Assembly (NCBI RefSeq): GCF_009914755.1
Contig: NC_060947.1
DNA length: 64,000 nucleotides
Reading direction: 5' to 3' (one strand)
From: the human T2T-CHM13v2.0 reference genome, Homo sapiens
Of this stretch, positions 62,908-64,000 are shown one piece after another; positions within the stretch are counted from its first letter, which is position 1, and the number at the start of each line of letters is the position of its first letter. The notes under the pieces were generated by a model. The model saw only the letters and a program-made list of their open reading frames with translations. It was not told the DNA's origin and made no database searches. The position numbers and the translations under genes were made by a program.

Positions 62908-64000
62908 CCTTGGAGGGGATTTGCCCACTCATCTCTCCAAGATTAGAATATAGTTCCCCTTGCTGCTCACCTTTTCTCAAATTCACTCTATAAATGCTAT
63001 TGAATGATTTACCTAGATATGCTGTCATAATTTCTTTCTGAAACCAGGTAGAGTGAAAAGAGGAATAAATGCTACACCTACCCCCATCCTCCTTTTCACT
63101 GGAGTTAGCTTGGAGGTTCAAGATCATTACTTTGAAACCCTGCTGTGTAATTCATCCCCTTTCCTTCCCCCCCATCCTGTCCTCTGTTGTGTAAACCTGA
63201 AACTGTCTAAATTTTTACTTCACCAAAATGATGCAAAAGTGAGACTTTTTATTTCATTTTGTGTCACACTGGCTTTCCTTTATTCAAGAAGTATGTATTT
63301 TCCCTAATTGGAAGACAAAGAAGACTTGGAGTGATTACAGGGTTAAGTGAAAGAAGGCTTTTAAAAAATTTTGTGTTTGATACCCTTCATTTATAATTAT
63401 TGTTTTTCCTTTCCTTTCTCCCTTCATTCTCATTAGTCGCCAAGAGATGAAAATTGCTCTTTTGTCTTGTCAGGAGAAACCAGCCTTTGAATGACCTCCT
63501 TTTGCAATATCTCCCTCCTTCTTGATACTATTTTCCCTTGTTTCCATGACATCCATCTCATGGTTTCCCTCTCCCAGATCTTTTTGATGCCTACTTCTCA
63601 GTGTCTTTTGCCGAATATTCTTTCCCTTCCTGATCCTTCCACAATAGCAATAAAAATTAAAATCACTGCAAGTGCGATTTATTCCAAGCTTATTACATGC
63701 CAGGCACCCAGTGCCAAGCCTTTAAAATGCATTATTAGCTTTTCATAGCAACTCCCTTAAGATAAGCATGACTTTCTATTTCTAACTTGCTATTAATTTA
63801 ATTACTATTAATTGACACATATTTCAGATGATGAAACAGGCTGGGAAGTTAGGAAACGTACTTAGGGTCATGTAATTATTTAGTGGTACAGTCAAGGATA
63901 AGACACTGGACTGACTGATCCCAAAGTCTGTGTTCCTTACTTGAGTTAGCCATCATGTGCACAGCACCCCATGAGGTAGGTGTTACTATTATATAAAGAT

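Overview
Primate (very probably human) X-chromosome DNA matching my recollection of Xq22.2, mostly old and young interspersed repeats (L1, L2, Alu, MIR, ERV1/MaLR LTRs, MER DNA transposons). There are two intact single-coding-exon genes. SLC25A53/MCART6 (49526-50449, minus, 307 aa) is a mitochondrial carrier. ZCCHC18 (59313-60524, plus, 403 aa) is a Ty3/gypsy Gag-derived PNMA-family gene with a CpG-island promoter, lying upstream of and opposite to the SLC25A53 coding exon. A three-exon testis histone H2B.W pseudogene (minus, about 15575-18035) is disabled by one in-frame TGA. No new enzymatic system is evident; the most interesting signals are molecular fossils read from the sequence. (1) H2B.W intron 1 still holds a canonical-H2B-like C-terminus (YTKSK*), a degenerate histone stem-loop and a correctly spaced U7/HDE-like element. 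(2) A second, inverted, truncated H2B.W relic at about 10250-10570 keeps a TATA box and CRE-like site. (3) A frameshifted PNMA N-terminal domain lies just upstream of the ZCCHC18 CDS and now contains its splice acceptor. (4) An unexplained ~1.3-kb duplicated cassette with a 39-40-bp minisatellite and a conserved minus-strand splice donor brackets ZCCHC18. (5) A chimeric old/young L1 is present. Repeat subfamily names and boundaries are by eye and approximate; no database searches were run.
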